Counted from the first letter of the stretch, positions 8,156-16,572 are shown. The stretch: 22,233 nt of DNA from Fibrobacterota bacterium (GCA_043753995.1 JAYUVP010000227.1:1-22233); one strand, 5' to 3'. The notes: generated by a model from the letters alone, not told the origin. Numbers and translations are program-made.

Positions 8156-9868
8156 ATGCCGAAGTCGCCCAATTTATCCCAAGGGCCTTATGCGAGAGCT
8201 TGGGTGATTTGTTTGATTTTGACTCTGGCAATGCCATGTCTGGCCTCAATGCCAGGTCAGATGGAGTCGCATTTAAGGACCGAAGACACTTCCGGCAGCT
8301 TTGCCCTGCGGCTGGGCATATTGGCTCACCGCGATCCTGCTGTCTTTGAAAATGCCCAGGCCCAATATTCTGGGCAAAGCCAGTCCATTGACGCACTTTA
8401 TTTCCAAAGTCACCGTTTTGACCTTCTCTATTCTCCCTGGGAGAGGCAAGTGCTTAGCCTCGAAATCCCATTTGCCTACACCTATTTGATACTTCCGCGC
8501 CTAGGTTACGGGAGCCTTTGGCAATGGAAAGGCGCCTCTCTGGCTTGGCGCAGTCGCTTGAGTTTTGAAGAAAGTATTCACCTGACTTTATTTGCCGGTG
8601 GTTGGATACCCGGGCAAGATAGCCGGACCTGGGATTGGGTGAAAGAGGACCTTTCCAGTCTTTCACGTGCCGCACTCACGGATTCATTGCCTCAAAGAGA
8701 TGCCAAAAGTCGAATCGGGTTGCTTCTCGGCTGGCAAGGTGATTTTCGGTTGCCCTTTCTAATTAGAGCTACCTGGTTGAAAATGCAAATGGATTTGCGG
8801 CGACCCATTTTGGTTTCGTCAGTCTCCCCAGCCACCTTGGTGGATTATGCTATCGCTTTGGAAATCCCGGTATTCGCTACCATGCAATTATTGCTTTCCA
8901 GTGGCCAAACAAGGGTTTGGAAGACCCATGCACTTTGGCGGACCTCAACCCCTCAGGCAACCCATTTACAGGCCTCCTTGGGCTTTACCAGCCAATTCGG
9001 GGGGGCTTTTGCTCTTGGTACTCGCTATAACCCGCGGTGGGCGAAAGAATATCAGCCCTATGTTTTGCCAGGCCCCGAAAATACCCAGGTAGTCAGTCAG
9101 GTCACAGCCGAGCCTCAAGCGCAATTGTTTTTGGAATTGGGATATAACCTTGGCAAGGTCCAAAAGCAGACGAATACCAAGCCTCTTCAGCCTAGATCCA
9201 CCCATCACCGAATTCGGGGTGAAATGGATAACGATAGGGATAGCATTCCCGATACGCGTGACGCTTGTCCAAATATTGCCGAAGATCGCGATGGTTTCCG
9301 CGATTTGGATGGTTGTCCGGATGCGGACAATGACAATGACAGTATAGTTGATGTATTGGATATGTGTCCTAACGATGCGGAAGACCGCGATAATTTTGAG
9401 GATGGCGACGGTTGTCCAGATTTAGACAATGATCGGGATGGTAGGCCGGACGCCCAGGACCAATGCCCTACAGCAAAGGAAATCGTGAATTTTTATCACG
9501 ATGAGGATGGCTGTCCAGATGAAAAGCCCGAGCATGTGGGCTCTCGGGATTTGGAATCACTTGGATTTGCATCCGGCCAAAAGGATTGGGATACTACTTA
9601 CCATGACCTTATCCGGAAATTAACGGAAAAAATGCTGATTTATCCTGGGACCGAATTGTTGATTGTCGGACATGCTGATTTCCAGGAACAACACCCCCAG
9701 GACCTTTCTTTGCAACGTGCGAAGAGCGTTGCTGAAGCGCTTTATAAAGGCGGAGTGGAAAAATACCGCATACGTATTGAAGGACGCGGTACAAATCAAC
9801 CCGCGGCAAACCACCGCACGGCTTCCGGTCGCCAAAAAAATCGTCGTATCACCCTAGAACCACGATGA
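8156..9868 (+). CDS. OmpA-family outer-membrane protein: signal peptide, putative beta-barrel, thrombospondin type-3 repeats, OmpA-C peptidoglycan-binding domain
   Basis: Hydrophobic N-terminus (WVICLILTLAMPCLA), amphipathic aromatic strands ending QLFLELGYNLG, three DxDxDxxxDxxDxCP...DGCPD repeats, and OmpA-C motifs IVGHAD, LSLQRAKSV, GRQKNRRI. Confidence 0.88.
   Translation: MPKSPNLSQGPYARAWVICLILTLAMPCLASMPGQMESHLRTEDTSGSFALRLGILAHRDPAVFENAQAQYSGQSQSIDALYFQSHRFDLLYSPWERQVLSLEIPFAYTYLILPRLGYGSLWQWKGASLAWRSRLSFEESIHLTLFAGGWIPGQDSRTWDWVKEDLSSLSRAALTDSLPQRDAKSRIGLLLGWQGDFRLPFLIRATWLKMQMDLRRPILVSSVSPATLVDYAIALEIPVFATMQLLLSSGQTRVWKTHALWRTSTPQATHLQASLGFTSQFGGAFALGTRYNPRWAKEYQPYVLPGPENTQVVSQVTAEPQAQLFLELGYNLGKVQKQTNTKPLQPRSTHHRIRGEMDNDRDSIPDTRDACPNIAEDRDGFRDLDGCPDADNDNDSIVDVLDMCPNDAEDRDNFEDGDGCPDLDNDRDGRPDAQDQCPTAKEIVNFYHDEDGCPDEKPEHVGSRDLESLGFASGQKDWDTTYHDLIRKLTEKMLIYPGTELLIVGHADFQEQHPQDLSLQRAKSVAEALYKGGVEKYRIRIEGRGTNQPAANHRTASGRQKNRRITLEPR
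9224..9520 (+). repeat. Three tandem 33-aa TSP type-3 Ca-binding repeats (intragenic)
   Basis: MDNDRDSIPDTRDACPNIAEDRDGFRDLDGCPD / ADNDNDSIVDVLDMCPNDAEDRDNFEDGDGCPD / LDNDRDGRPDAQDQCPTAKEIVNFYHDEDGCPD. Confidence 0.9.
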
Positions 9869-9875
9869 GTTTGTC

Positions 9876-10262
9876 ATGTTGAAAAAGTCCCTACAATGGC
9901 TCGCAGCTCTAGTTTCAGCCTGCTTATTCATGCAATGTGGTGCGTCCAAATCCACAACCAGCCGCGATGAGGATCGTTTGCTGGATAAGCTCACTTTATT
10001 CGTCGAGGCTGTGCAAAGTGACCAGTGGAATACCGCACTTGAATTGCTTTCAACTAAGGAAAAGGCCAAAATTCTGGGACAAGACAATAAATTGAGCGAT
10101 GTGACCAAGGCTAGACTCAAGGCTGTAAGATTATCTACAGCCGCTCATCAAGGGCGCGTGTTTATAGTCAAAAACCACTTGGAAGGTATTAGCGATATTT
10201 TACCAGGGGGGATGAATTCCCAGCTCCCGGAATCTCGCCAAGAAGTGCCTTCATTTCAATAG
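9876..10262 (+). CDS. Hypothetical lipoprotein
   Basis: 7 bp after the OmpA gene. MLKK, a hydrophobic stretch, then Cys (LFMQ-C-GASK) followed by a Ser/Thr linker. Confidence 0.75.
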   Translation: MLKKSLQWLAALVSACLFMQCGASKSTTSRDEDRLLDKLTLFVEAVQSDQWNTALELLSTKEKAKILGQDNKLSDVTKARLKAVRLSTAAHQGRVFIVKNHLEGISDILPGGMNSQLPESRQEVPSFQ

Positions 10263-10778
10263 GCCACCTTGCGGACTCTGTAAGAAAGCAGCAAATTCCT
10301 CTTCAAAATTCGAAGTGAAAATTCCAGTGCCGAGACTGGCTTCAATGTGGGATCTTGACCACCACCGAACCTCGTCTATCTCCTCTGGCTGAGCTATAAA
10401 GGGTCCGTCCTGATGTACCCAATAGGTTCGAATATTTTCTGACTCGGTACTATTGCGGATTCGGGAATTATACAGAAAATGCAATTCGGACAAAATGAGT
10501 CCGAGCTCTTCCTCCGCTTCGCGGTGTGCGGCCTCTTCATAGGATTGGCCCCAACCAACATGCCCACCCACCGAGGTATCCCATTTACCCGGCTGCACGT
10601 CCTTACTTAGGCTTCGTTTCTGTAAAAGCAATTGCCCGTGGCGGGAAATCACCAGAACATGTACGGCACGATGAATGAGGGCAGGGTTCCCATGCACAAG
10701 CATTCGTTTGACGGGTCCCAGCACCATTTCATCATTGTCTGAGACCTGGGTCAATAGTTCTTCGGAAACATTTTGCAT
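10251..10778 (-). CDS. NUDIX hydrolase (YfcD / type-1 IPP-isomerase-like)
   Basis: Nudix box GGHVGWGQSYEEAAHREAEEELG, plus HRAVHVLV, LLQKRSLSKD, PGKWD and QPEEIDEV. Start set at ATG 10778; the ORF-track start lies inside a terminator. Confidence 0.88.
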   Translation of the reverse strand: MQNVSEELLTQVSDNDEMVLGPVKRMLVHGNPALIHRAVHVLVISRHGQLLLQKRSLSKDVQPGKWDTSVGGHVGWGQSYEEAAHREAEEELGLILSELHFLYNSRIRNSTESENIRTYWVHQDGPFIAQPEEIDEVRWWSRSHIEASLGTGIFTSNFEEEFAAFLQSPQGGLLK

Positions 10779-10785
10779 GGAAAGC

Positions 10786-10820
10786 AAAAATAAAAAAGCG
10801 GCCGTCAATAAAGCCGCTTT
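10786..10820 (-). terminator. Intrinsic terminator after the beta-barrel gene
   Basis: Minus strand reads AAAGCGGC-TTTATTGACG-GCCGCTTT-TTTATTTTT, starting 20 nt after the stop at 10841. Confidence 0.8.
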
Positions 10821-10840
10821 AACCTTGAATTTAGGAGCGC

Positions 10841-12058
10841 CTAAAGTCCAATTCCGAATTTCATCACATAGTAGCGATCTTCGCGTTGGCCGGTGAAATA
10901 ACCCGCCTCGTCGGCCCAGGTCGCGAATTCATAGTGGAAAATTGTCAAAAGGTTCCCTCCCAATCCTGCCGTTGGGTAGCCTCCCTTGACTCCCGCGGAG
11001 AGACGCCCTTTGAGTACCCAGGGTATCAAGGTTTGTTCCCATTCTGCGCCAACATTGATCTTATTCAGCGGCTTCCAATTGCGGTCACTATTGAACAAAT
11101 CCGCAAAATCACAGGCAAAATTGATTTTTCGTTTCCAATGACCATTGCTTTGCAGGCGCATTGGACTGTAGGCCACGCCGACACTAAAAAGGGGGGTCAC
11201 GGCTTGATGATTCAATACCATGAATAGGTTTTGAATGGCAGCGCCGAATCGTAAATCGGCATTCTGCTGCCACAATACACCTGCATCCATGCCATGCCCA
11301 ATGGAACCGAGATCAGCGAATTCGCTCATCTTACTGTCTACGGTGTCCTGCAAGGCCACATTCAATTCCTTGCGTTTTTGATCCTGCAAATCCGTGACAG
11401 AAATTTGAATATTGCCAACCTCTTCCCGCTTGGCCATACGATAGCCCAAACCGACGGAAAGCTTGTCCTCGAAATAGCTGTAAGCGCCCGCGATTTGACC
11501 GACCACGTCCAATTGGATATGGTCTACCCCCGCTTGTGGAAGTAAAATACCGACATCGGCATAGGGTGCGATTTGGGCGTCAGCCCAATAGGCCATACCA
11601 AAATTATGCATGGCCAATTCTCCTCCATGCAAAACGGCGATGCGAACTGGACGACGATCGAATCGGGCCAAGTCATTGGAGAAGGCCGTATCGTTTTGCA
11701 AGGTCTCCATATTGGAAAAACTTTTTTGATGATCCTCCCAGAAACGCATGATATCCAAGGCTTCATCCACCGGTAATGCTGTACCGATGAAATCCATATG
11801 CATATCGAATTTATCGGTGGGGTAGCGGGCCAAAGTCGGTCGCTTTGCCGAATTTCCTAGCCGCCCCATCAAATTTAAGCCAGCAGTATTGTAGTGCATC
11901 GCGTCTTTATCATCGACGACGGCCGTGAAGGCATTGCCCATGGCCAATGGCCGCAGGGTGCGATGCACGGGACCGCTGAGGGCGAAAAGGGTGGCGGGCA
12001 TGGCCAATGAGGCCAGGACCAAGCGGGAAACAAAAGGGGAATCGAGGCGCGATGTCAT
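10841..12058 (-). CDS. Outer-membrane beta-barrel of the TraF_2 / PorV / FadL-like superfamily
   Basis: Signal peptide, N-terminal RPLAMGNAFTAVVDD...YNTAGL motif, GMDAGVLW, LRFGAAIQNL, INVGAEW, LSAGVKGGY and a C-terminal beta-strand YYVMKFGIGL. AAGGA Shine-Dalgarno. Confidence 0.75.
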   Translation of the reverse strand: MTSRLDSPFVSRLVLASLAMPATLFALSGPVHRTLRPLAMGNAFTAVVDDKDAMHYNTAGLNLMGRLGNSAKRPTLARYPTDKFDMHMDFIGTALPVDEALDIMRFWEDHQKSFSNMETLQNDTAFSNDLARFDRRPVRIAVLHGGELAMHNFGMAYWADAQIAPYADVGILLPQAGVDHIQLDVVGQIAGAYSYFEDKLSVGLGYRMAKREEVGNIQISVTDLQDQKRKELNVALQDTVDSKMSEFADLGSIGHGMDAGVLWQQNADLRFGAAIQNLFMVLNHQAVTPLFSVGVAYSPMRLQSNGHWKRKINFACDFADLFNSDRNWKPLNKINVGAEWEQTLIPWVLKGRLSAGVKGGYPTAGLGGNLLTIFHYEFATWADEAGYFTGQREDRYYVMKFGIGL

Positions 12059-12075
12059 GGCTTATTTCCTTGATT

Positions 12076-13419
12076 TCAGTATTGAGTCCAGCATCCGCCG
12101 ATTTGTGACTTCGCCGAATCGAGAATGGATCTTTGCCCAGGAGTGAATACAGTTTTCCTCGACAATGAATCCTGTTGCACGCGGATTTTGAAGCTTTTGT
12201 TCTTGTATAAGGGGCCTTGCACAAAGCCCGTCGCTGAGGTGAATAAAAGCAGATTGGCGCCGTCCAAATCCTCGTTAGGATCCAGGACATCCATTTTCCC
12301 GTTGTGATCATTGTCAACTAGATCCGGAATACCTTTGACGACGCGAGCGTCCTCATCGATAAACCCATCGGCATCGTTGTCCTTGCCGTCGAGAATTTCC
12401 TCGTCCACACAGCCATCGCCATCATTATCCAGCCTGTCGCCGAACTGATAAAATCCAATCGCATCACCCATGGAATTGATGACACTGTCGACATTCTCCG
12501 TAACCGAACTGGTCAAATTTTGATTCGAGAGAGTATCTCCCTCTGCTTGCCCGGTGAGGGTAGGGGAAAGCAGGTTGAGGACTTGACTGGCGGATCCTAA
12601 ACCACTCTGAACATTCTGTATCAGGTTATTGATGTTTTGGCGGGCAACGGTGTCATTTTGCAAATCCGTGGCAATGTTTTGCAAGCTATCCAACTTGAAT
12701 CCGCCATCCATTTTGAAGTTGAGCTTGGTCAGTAAATTATCGCGACTATCGATGGTGTCGTTTTGATCCAAATCTCGAAGATGGACCAAGGCATAAAGCA
12801 ATTCGACAAAGCCGTAATCGACAACGACTTTCTCAAAGGGAAGGGCTCCGTCCGATAGGGGAAAGCGACTCCCTGGGTAATATCCTGGCTCACCGTCATT
12901 GCCTTTGGCCAGAAAACCAGTGATAAATACCCTACGCTGGGCTAACCGCTTGTCTTTTTTCGCCGCCAGGGAATTTGTGTCTGAGAGATACCTCCACCAT
13001 CGGGTCAGGGTATCGCGACGCGTCATTTGGGACATCGCTGCGCGAACTTTCGAGGTCGCTTGCAAATAGCGGGTCAACTTTTCATTGTCGGCATCCAGAA
13101 AGGGAATACTTTTGCTTGCCTTGGCATCATCGACCTCGGCGAGGATGGTGGAGGCATTCAAACGAAAATGACGCAATACCGCCTTGGCATAGCCATAGTA
13201 GGCAAGAGAGCTGGTGCTGTCCTGTTCAATGGCTTTTTGGAATGCCGCCATGGAGGCTTCAAATTCCTGTTCACGAAATTGATTTTCACCCTCAACTAGA
13301 AAGGCCTCGGTGCTGTCGCCTCCGTCGCCGTCGCCCGACGGATTGAACAGATTACAGCCGCCAACAAGCAGGGTCAGCATTGCCAAAGACTTGACTGGAA
13401 ATCGAATGAAAGCGGCCAT
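12076..13419 (-). CDS. Lipoprotein with TPR-like helices and Asp-rich Ca-binding motifs
   Basis: Lipobox LLVGG-C, TPR-like GENQFREQEFEASMAAFQKAIEQDSTSSLAYYGYAKA, and DLDQNDTIDSRD, DNDGDGCVDEE, DNDADGFIDED, DNDHNGKMD. GGGAG Shine-Dalgarno upstream of ATG 13419. Confidence 0.8.
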   Translation of the reverse strand: MAAFIRFPVKSLAMLTLLVGGCNLFNPSGDGDGGDSTEAFLVEGENQFREQEFEASMAAFQKAIEQDSTSSLAYYGYAKAVLRHFRLNASTILAEVDDAKASKSIPFLDADNEKLTRYLQATSKVRAAMSQMTRRDTLTRWWRYLSDTNSLAAKKDKRLAQRRVFITGFLAKGNDGEPGYYPGSRFPLSDGALPFEKVVVDYGFVELLYALVHLRDLDQNDTIDSRDNLLTKLNFKMDGGFKLDSLQNIATDLQNDTVARQNINNLIQNVQSGLGSASQVLNLLSPTLTGQAEGDTLSNQNLTSSVTENVDSVINSMGDAIGFYQFGDRLDNDGDGCVDEEILDGKDNDADGFIDEDARVVKGIPDLVDNDHNGKMDVLDPNEDLDGANLLLFTSATGFVQGPLYKNKSFKIRVQQDSLSRKTVFTPGQRSILDSAKSQIGGCWTQY

Positions 13420-13458
13420 GGGTTCAGAATCTCCCTTGCGATGGCTAGATTCTAAGGG

Positions 13459-14262
13459 GTGGACACCCATCCAGGTCAACAACCATTGCCAAACAAATTA
13501 TCGCCTCCAAGCGAAAATCAGAATCCGTCCGAAGAAGTAGGCCCTTATTTCGATTTTTCGAATTCGACCGTAGTCACCGCCGCCCATTTTCTAACGACAA
13601 AGGCACGTGATTTACGTGATGTTATTTGGAAAACGGAATTTTCCTGGAACGATGAACCCACGCAAAAGTCCTACGATGAATTGATTCAGTGCTTGACGGA
13701 ACGAATGCCCGGCCTGTATGCGGCATATGACGAATACCTGTCGGCTGTTTTGGCGACCGGTTTGAAACCTGTTCAATGTGCACCGGCATGCCCCAGTTGC
13801 TGCTCCCACTACGTGACAAGCGTCGAGTCCGTCGAGCTTATTTTCATCGATCAAAAATTGAAGAGCAGGTCCATGTATTCAGATGGACTATTGTCAATGC
13901 ATGAGAAGTCACAAATATTTCGTAAAGGATATCGCATACAAGAAGGGGATGAAGCCGAGGATAAGGCGCTTTACCGCTACTTTTTAAAGAACCAGCGCTG
14001 CGCCTTCCTTGCCAAGAGTGGTGACTGCGGGATTCGTGAAATTCGCCCCATGTCCTGCCGCATGTTTTTCAGCTATTCCGATCCGAAATGGTGTCATGGC
14101 CGGAAAGTGGCGACAGCAGCCAACAAGAATTTTCACATCGGATTGCCGGATGAGGCCGAGACCTTGTTGGCCGAGGCCTCAAATCGCATCGGCAATCTGA
14201 GGCTCTCGGAGCATTTATTCGATGGCCTTTTACAAGTCAATGAAATACTGGGCCGCTTTTAA
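13459..14262 (+). CDS. YkgJ-family (CxxCxxCC) cysteine-cluster, Zn/Fe-chelating protein
   Basis: CAPACPSCC and CAFLAKSGDCGIREIRPMSCRMF. GTG start is uncertain. Confidence 0.82.
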   Translation: MDTHPGQQPLPNKLSPPSENQNPSEEVGPYFDFSNSTVVTAAHFLTTKARDLRDVIWKTEFSWNDEPTQKSYDELIQCLTERMPGLYAAYDEYLSAVLATGLKPVQCAPACPSCCSHYVTSVESVELIFIDQKLKSRSMYSDGLLSMHEKSQIFRKGYRIQEGDEAEDKALYRYFLKNQRCAFLAKSGDCGIREIRPMSCRMFFSYSDPKWCHGRKVATAANKNFHIGLPDEAETLLAEASNRIGNLRLSEHLFDGLLQVNEILGRF

Positions 14263-14265
14263 ACA

Positions 14266-14628
14266 CTATTTCTTGATACCGGCGATTTTTTCCTGCAAGG
14301 TTTCAGGCTGAAATGGCTTTACGATATAGTTTGCCGCTCCGGCCTGGATGGCTTCGATGATCCGAGTCTTTTCCGATTCGGAAGTGACCATGATGACGGG
14401 TACACCCTTGGTTGCGGGATCCGACTTCAGCTTTTTCAATGCTTCGATCCCCGTCATTTTGGGCATATTCCAATCCATCAGCACCAGGTCGTAATTACCG
14501 GCCTGAACCTTGGAGACGGCCATTTCACCGTCCTCCGCCTCATCGACATCGACAAGACCAATTTGGGTTAAGGTGTTTTTCTGGATTCTCCGCATGGTGC
14601 TGGAGTCGTCCACGAGTAGAATTTTCAT
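14266..14628 (-). CDS. cheY: Chemotaxis response regulator CheY
   Basis: LVDDSSTMRRI, DWNMP, MVTSE, AGAANYIVKPF. All catalytic receiver residues are present, and the gene is cotranscribed with cheX. Confidence 0.92.
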   Translation of the reverse strand: MKILLVDDSSTMRRIQKNTLTQIGLVDVDEAEDGEMAVSKVQAGNYDLVLMDWNMPKMTGIEALKKLKSDPATKGVPVIMVTSESEKTRIIEAIQAGAANYIVKPFQPETLQEKIAGIKK

Positions 14629-14642
14629 GTTGTTTCCTCGCT

Positions 14643-15119
14643 TCAGGCTTCGCTTTTGAGACTAACGGCGAGATCAAACCCGCCAAGATCCGTTGTGAAA
14701 GGCACGACAAAGGCAAATACATCTTTGGGTTCGCGCACCTTATGGTTTTCACCCATCACCACACTAGGTAGGGAAATGGTGATATTGAGAGAAACCAATT
14801 CTTTTTTGGCATAACCAGCCACAATATTGGCCAATTCACCGATGGCGTCGATAGTATCGTCATGAATATCGGCGTGAGTCGTGCCCACGAATTTATTGGT
14901 TACCGAAAGGGCCGTAGACTTCGGAAAGCTTAGGCTAATCATGCCTTTGGCACTTCCAGAAATGCCAATGATTCCGGAAATGTCGTATCCAATGCCGCTT
15001 TCGTTCTTCAGAACGAGTTTGCCTGGCTTGGCTTCCATCCCAACCATTTTTCGGAAAGTTTCCATGGTGGAATTGATGAATGGGTTGACGTGTTCAACCC
15101 GAATTGCGGGCTTATTCAT
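14643..15119 (-). CDS. cheX: CheY-P phosphatase CheX (copy 2)
   Basis: HVNPFINS, DISGIIGISG, DAIGELANIVAG (ExxN), ISLPSVVMG, VPFTTDLG. Confidence 0.92.
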   Translation of the reverse strand: MNKPAIRVEHVNPFINSTMETFRKMVGMEAKPGKLVLKNESGIGYDISGIIGISGSAKGMISLSFPKSTALSVTNKFVGTTHADIHDDTIDAIGELANIVAGYAKKELVSLNITISLPSVVMGENHKVREPKDVFAFVVPFTTDLGGFDLAVSLKSEA

Positions 15120-15137
15120 GAATATTTCGCTCCTGGT

Positions 15138-15611
15138 TCAGGTTTCGCTTTTGAAGCAAACCAATAGATCAAAGGCACCATACGGTGTGTCAAAGGGAAC
15201 AATGAGTTCGGGAATGTCAGACGGCGGATTCAAGGAATGATTCAGGCCGGTGATAACGGTTGGCAAGCTGATCATGATTTTGTATTTCGAAAGGTCTTGC
15301 TTTGCCGAACCTGCGATGATATTGGCCAATTCACCAATGGCATCCAAGGCATCCTTGTCGAGTTGTAACATTTTGTCACCAATAAAGGCACTTACGATTT
15401 TAAGCGCTGAAACGCGCGGAAAACCCAGGGCTACCGATCCTTTGGCTCCTCCGGAAAGACCGATAATCCCGCTGACATCATGATGGGTCGTATTTCCGTT
15501 CTTGACATACATTTTGCCGGGTTTCACTTCGCACTTGACCATGGTGGCGAAAGTTTGGGCGGTTGCCTGAATGAAGGGATTTATATGCTCGACCTTAATC
15601 GAAGCGGACAT
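15138..15611 (-). CDS. cheX: CheY-P phosphatase CheX (copy 1)
   Basis: HINPFIQA, DVSGIIGLSG, DAIGELANIIAG, ISLPTVITG. ATG 15611 has GAGG 7 nt upstream. Confidence 0.92.
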   Translation of the reverse strand: MSASIKVEHINPFIQATAQTFATMVKCEVKPGKMYVKNGNTTHHDVSGIIGLSGGAKGSVALGFPRVSALKIVSAFIGDKMLQLDKDALDAIGELANIIAGSAKQDLSKYKIMISLPTVITGLNHSLNPPSDIPELIVPFDTPYGAFDLLVCFKSET

Positions 15612-15643
15612 CGGCAAACCTCGGTGTGACAATTGGCATGCCG

Positions 15644-15672
15644 ATTATACGGATCGGGGTAGGTGAAGGCAA
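15644..15672 (-). promoter_or_regulatory. Sigma70-type promoter of the cheX-cheX-cheY operon
   Basis: Minus strand: TTGCCT (15672-15667), 17 bp, TATAAT (15649-15644). Confidence 0.7.
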
Positions 15673-15702
15673 CCTGGCAGGCCAAATACCTTCTTTTTTT
15701 TT

Positions 15703-15730
15703 CTGACTCAGGGCAATCTTGGATTATAAT
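15703..15730 (+). promoter_or_regulatory. Putative promoter of the first Hpt gene (divergent from the cheX promoter)
   Basis: CTGACT, 16 bp, TATAAT (15725-15730), preceded by a T-tract. Confidence 0.45.
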
Positions 15731-15778
15731 CTGGGGCCACGCCTTAGCTTCAGGGTGTTCCCGAGGAAGGTTTTTGCC

Positions 15779-16138
15779 ATGAGTGATGGAATGTGTTTGA
15801 ACATGGAGACAATTGCCACCTTACGCTCCTATCAGGAGGAGGGGCAGCCCGATTTTTTGACTGAACTGATCGATGCCTACCTAGAGGATTCTCCACGGCG
15901 ACTAGAAAGCCTACGCCTATCGATTGAAGTTAAGGATGCAGATCAGGCAGCCAGAGCCGCACATGCCTTAAAAGGATCAAGCGGCAATTTAGGTGCCGAG
16001 AGTTTAACCGAATGGATGCATCAGGCCGAAATTGCAGGGAAAAATGGGGATATTCAAAAAGTGTTTGAAATATTACCGCGCATTCAAAGCGAATTCGATA
16101 TTGTGCGACGGACCTTGCTGTCTTTACGTAGGCCTTGA
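15779..16138 (+). CDS. Stand-alone Hpt (histidine phosphotransfer) protein
   Basis: AAHALKGSSGNLGA motif in a ~119-aa helical protein. GAGGAAGG Shine-Dalgarno before ATG 15779. Confidence 0.9.
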   Translation: MSDGMCLNMETIATLRSYQEEGQPDFLTELIDAYLEDSPRRLESLRLSIEVKDADQAARAAHALKGSSGNLGAESLTEWMHQAEIAGKNGDIQKVFEILPRIQSEFDIVRRTLLSLRRP

Positions 16139-16191
16139 ATAGCCATACGCAATTGGGACGGAGCGAATCGAGTGGGTTGAAAATGATCGAT

Positions 16192-16572
16192 TCATTCCGA
16201 GGACTCCTCCAGGTATCGCACAAGGGACTGTTTCACCGAAATGGGTGTAAGGGGATAGCTAAGAACTGCAGTTGCCCCTTTCTGAATTAATTGTCCCAAT
16301 TCCTTGATACTAAGAAATGAGGAGTAAAGCAATATTGGAAATTTTGTCCCTCGCCTTCGGCGAACTTCTTGGGTCAAACCCGGTCCGTCCAGATTTGGCA
16401 TCTGGCAATCACTGAATACTAAAAGTATCTCGGGATTATCTTCCAGGACATGAATCGCGCGCTGTCCATCTCCCGCACAGATGCAGATATACCCTTGAGC
16501 TTGAATCAATCGACTGAAAAGCAAGCGATTCGCAGAATTATCCTCAACCAGGAGTATTTTTTTCATAGCCAT
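16192..16572 (-). CDS. Single-domain response regulator (atypical: conserved Lys replaced by Tyr)
   Basis: ILLVEDN, SDCQMPNLDG, PILLYSS and GATAVLSYP. Start at 16572 or 16566. Confidence 0.82.
   Translation of the reverse strand: MAMKKILLVEDNSANRLLFSRLIQAQGYICICAGDGQRAIHVLEDNPEILLVFSDCQMPNLDGPGLTQEVRRRRGTKFPILLYSSFLSIKELGQLIQKGATAVLSYPLTPISVKQSLVRYLEESSE

Noticed and set aside
10841..12058. 'TraF' as evidence of a conjugative element
   Set aside because: No relaxase, VirB4, integrase or att sites, and the flanks are ordinary chromosomal genes.
13459..14262. YkgJ protein as a flagellin methylase tied to the che cluster
   Set aside because: It is convergent with cheY rather than cotranscribed, and the family is broad; only proximity supports the idea.
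16159..16199. Imperfect hairpin CGGA-GC-GAATCGA...TCGATTC-AT-TCCG between convergent genes
   Set aside because: 15-nt loop, mismatches and no U-tract; too weak to call a terminator.
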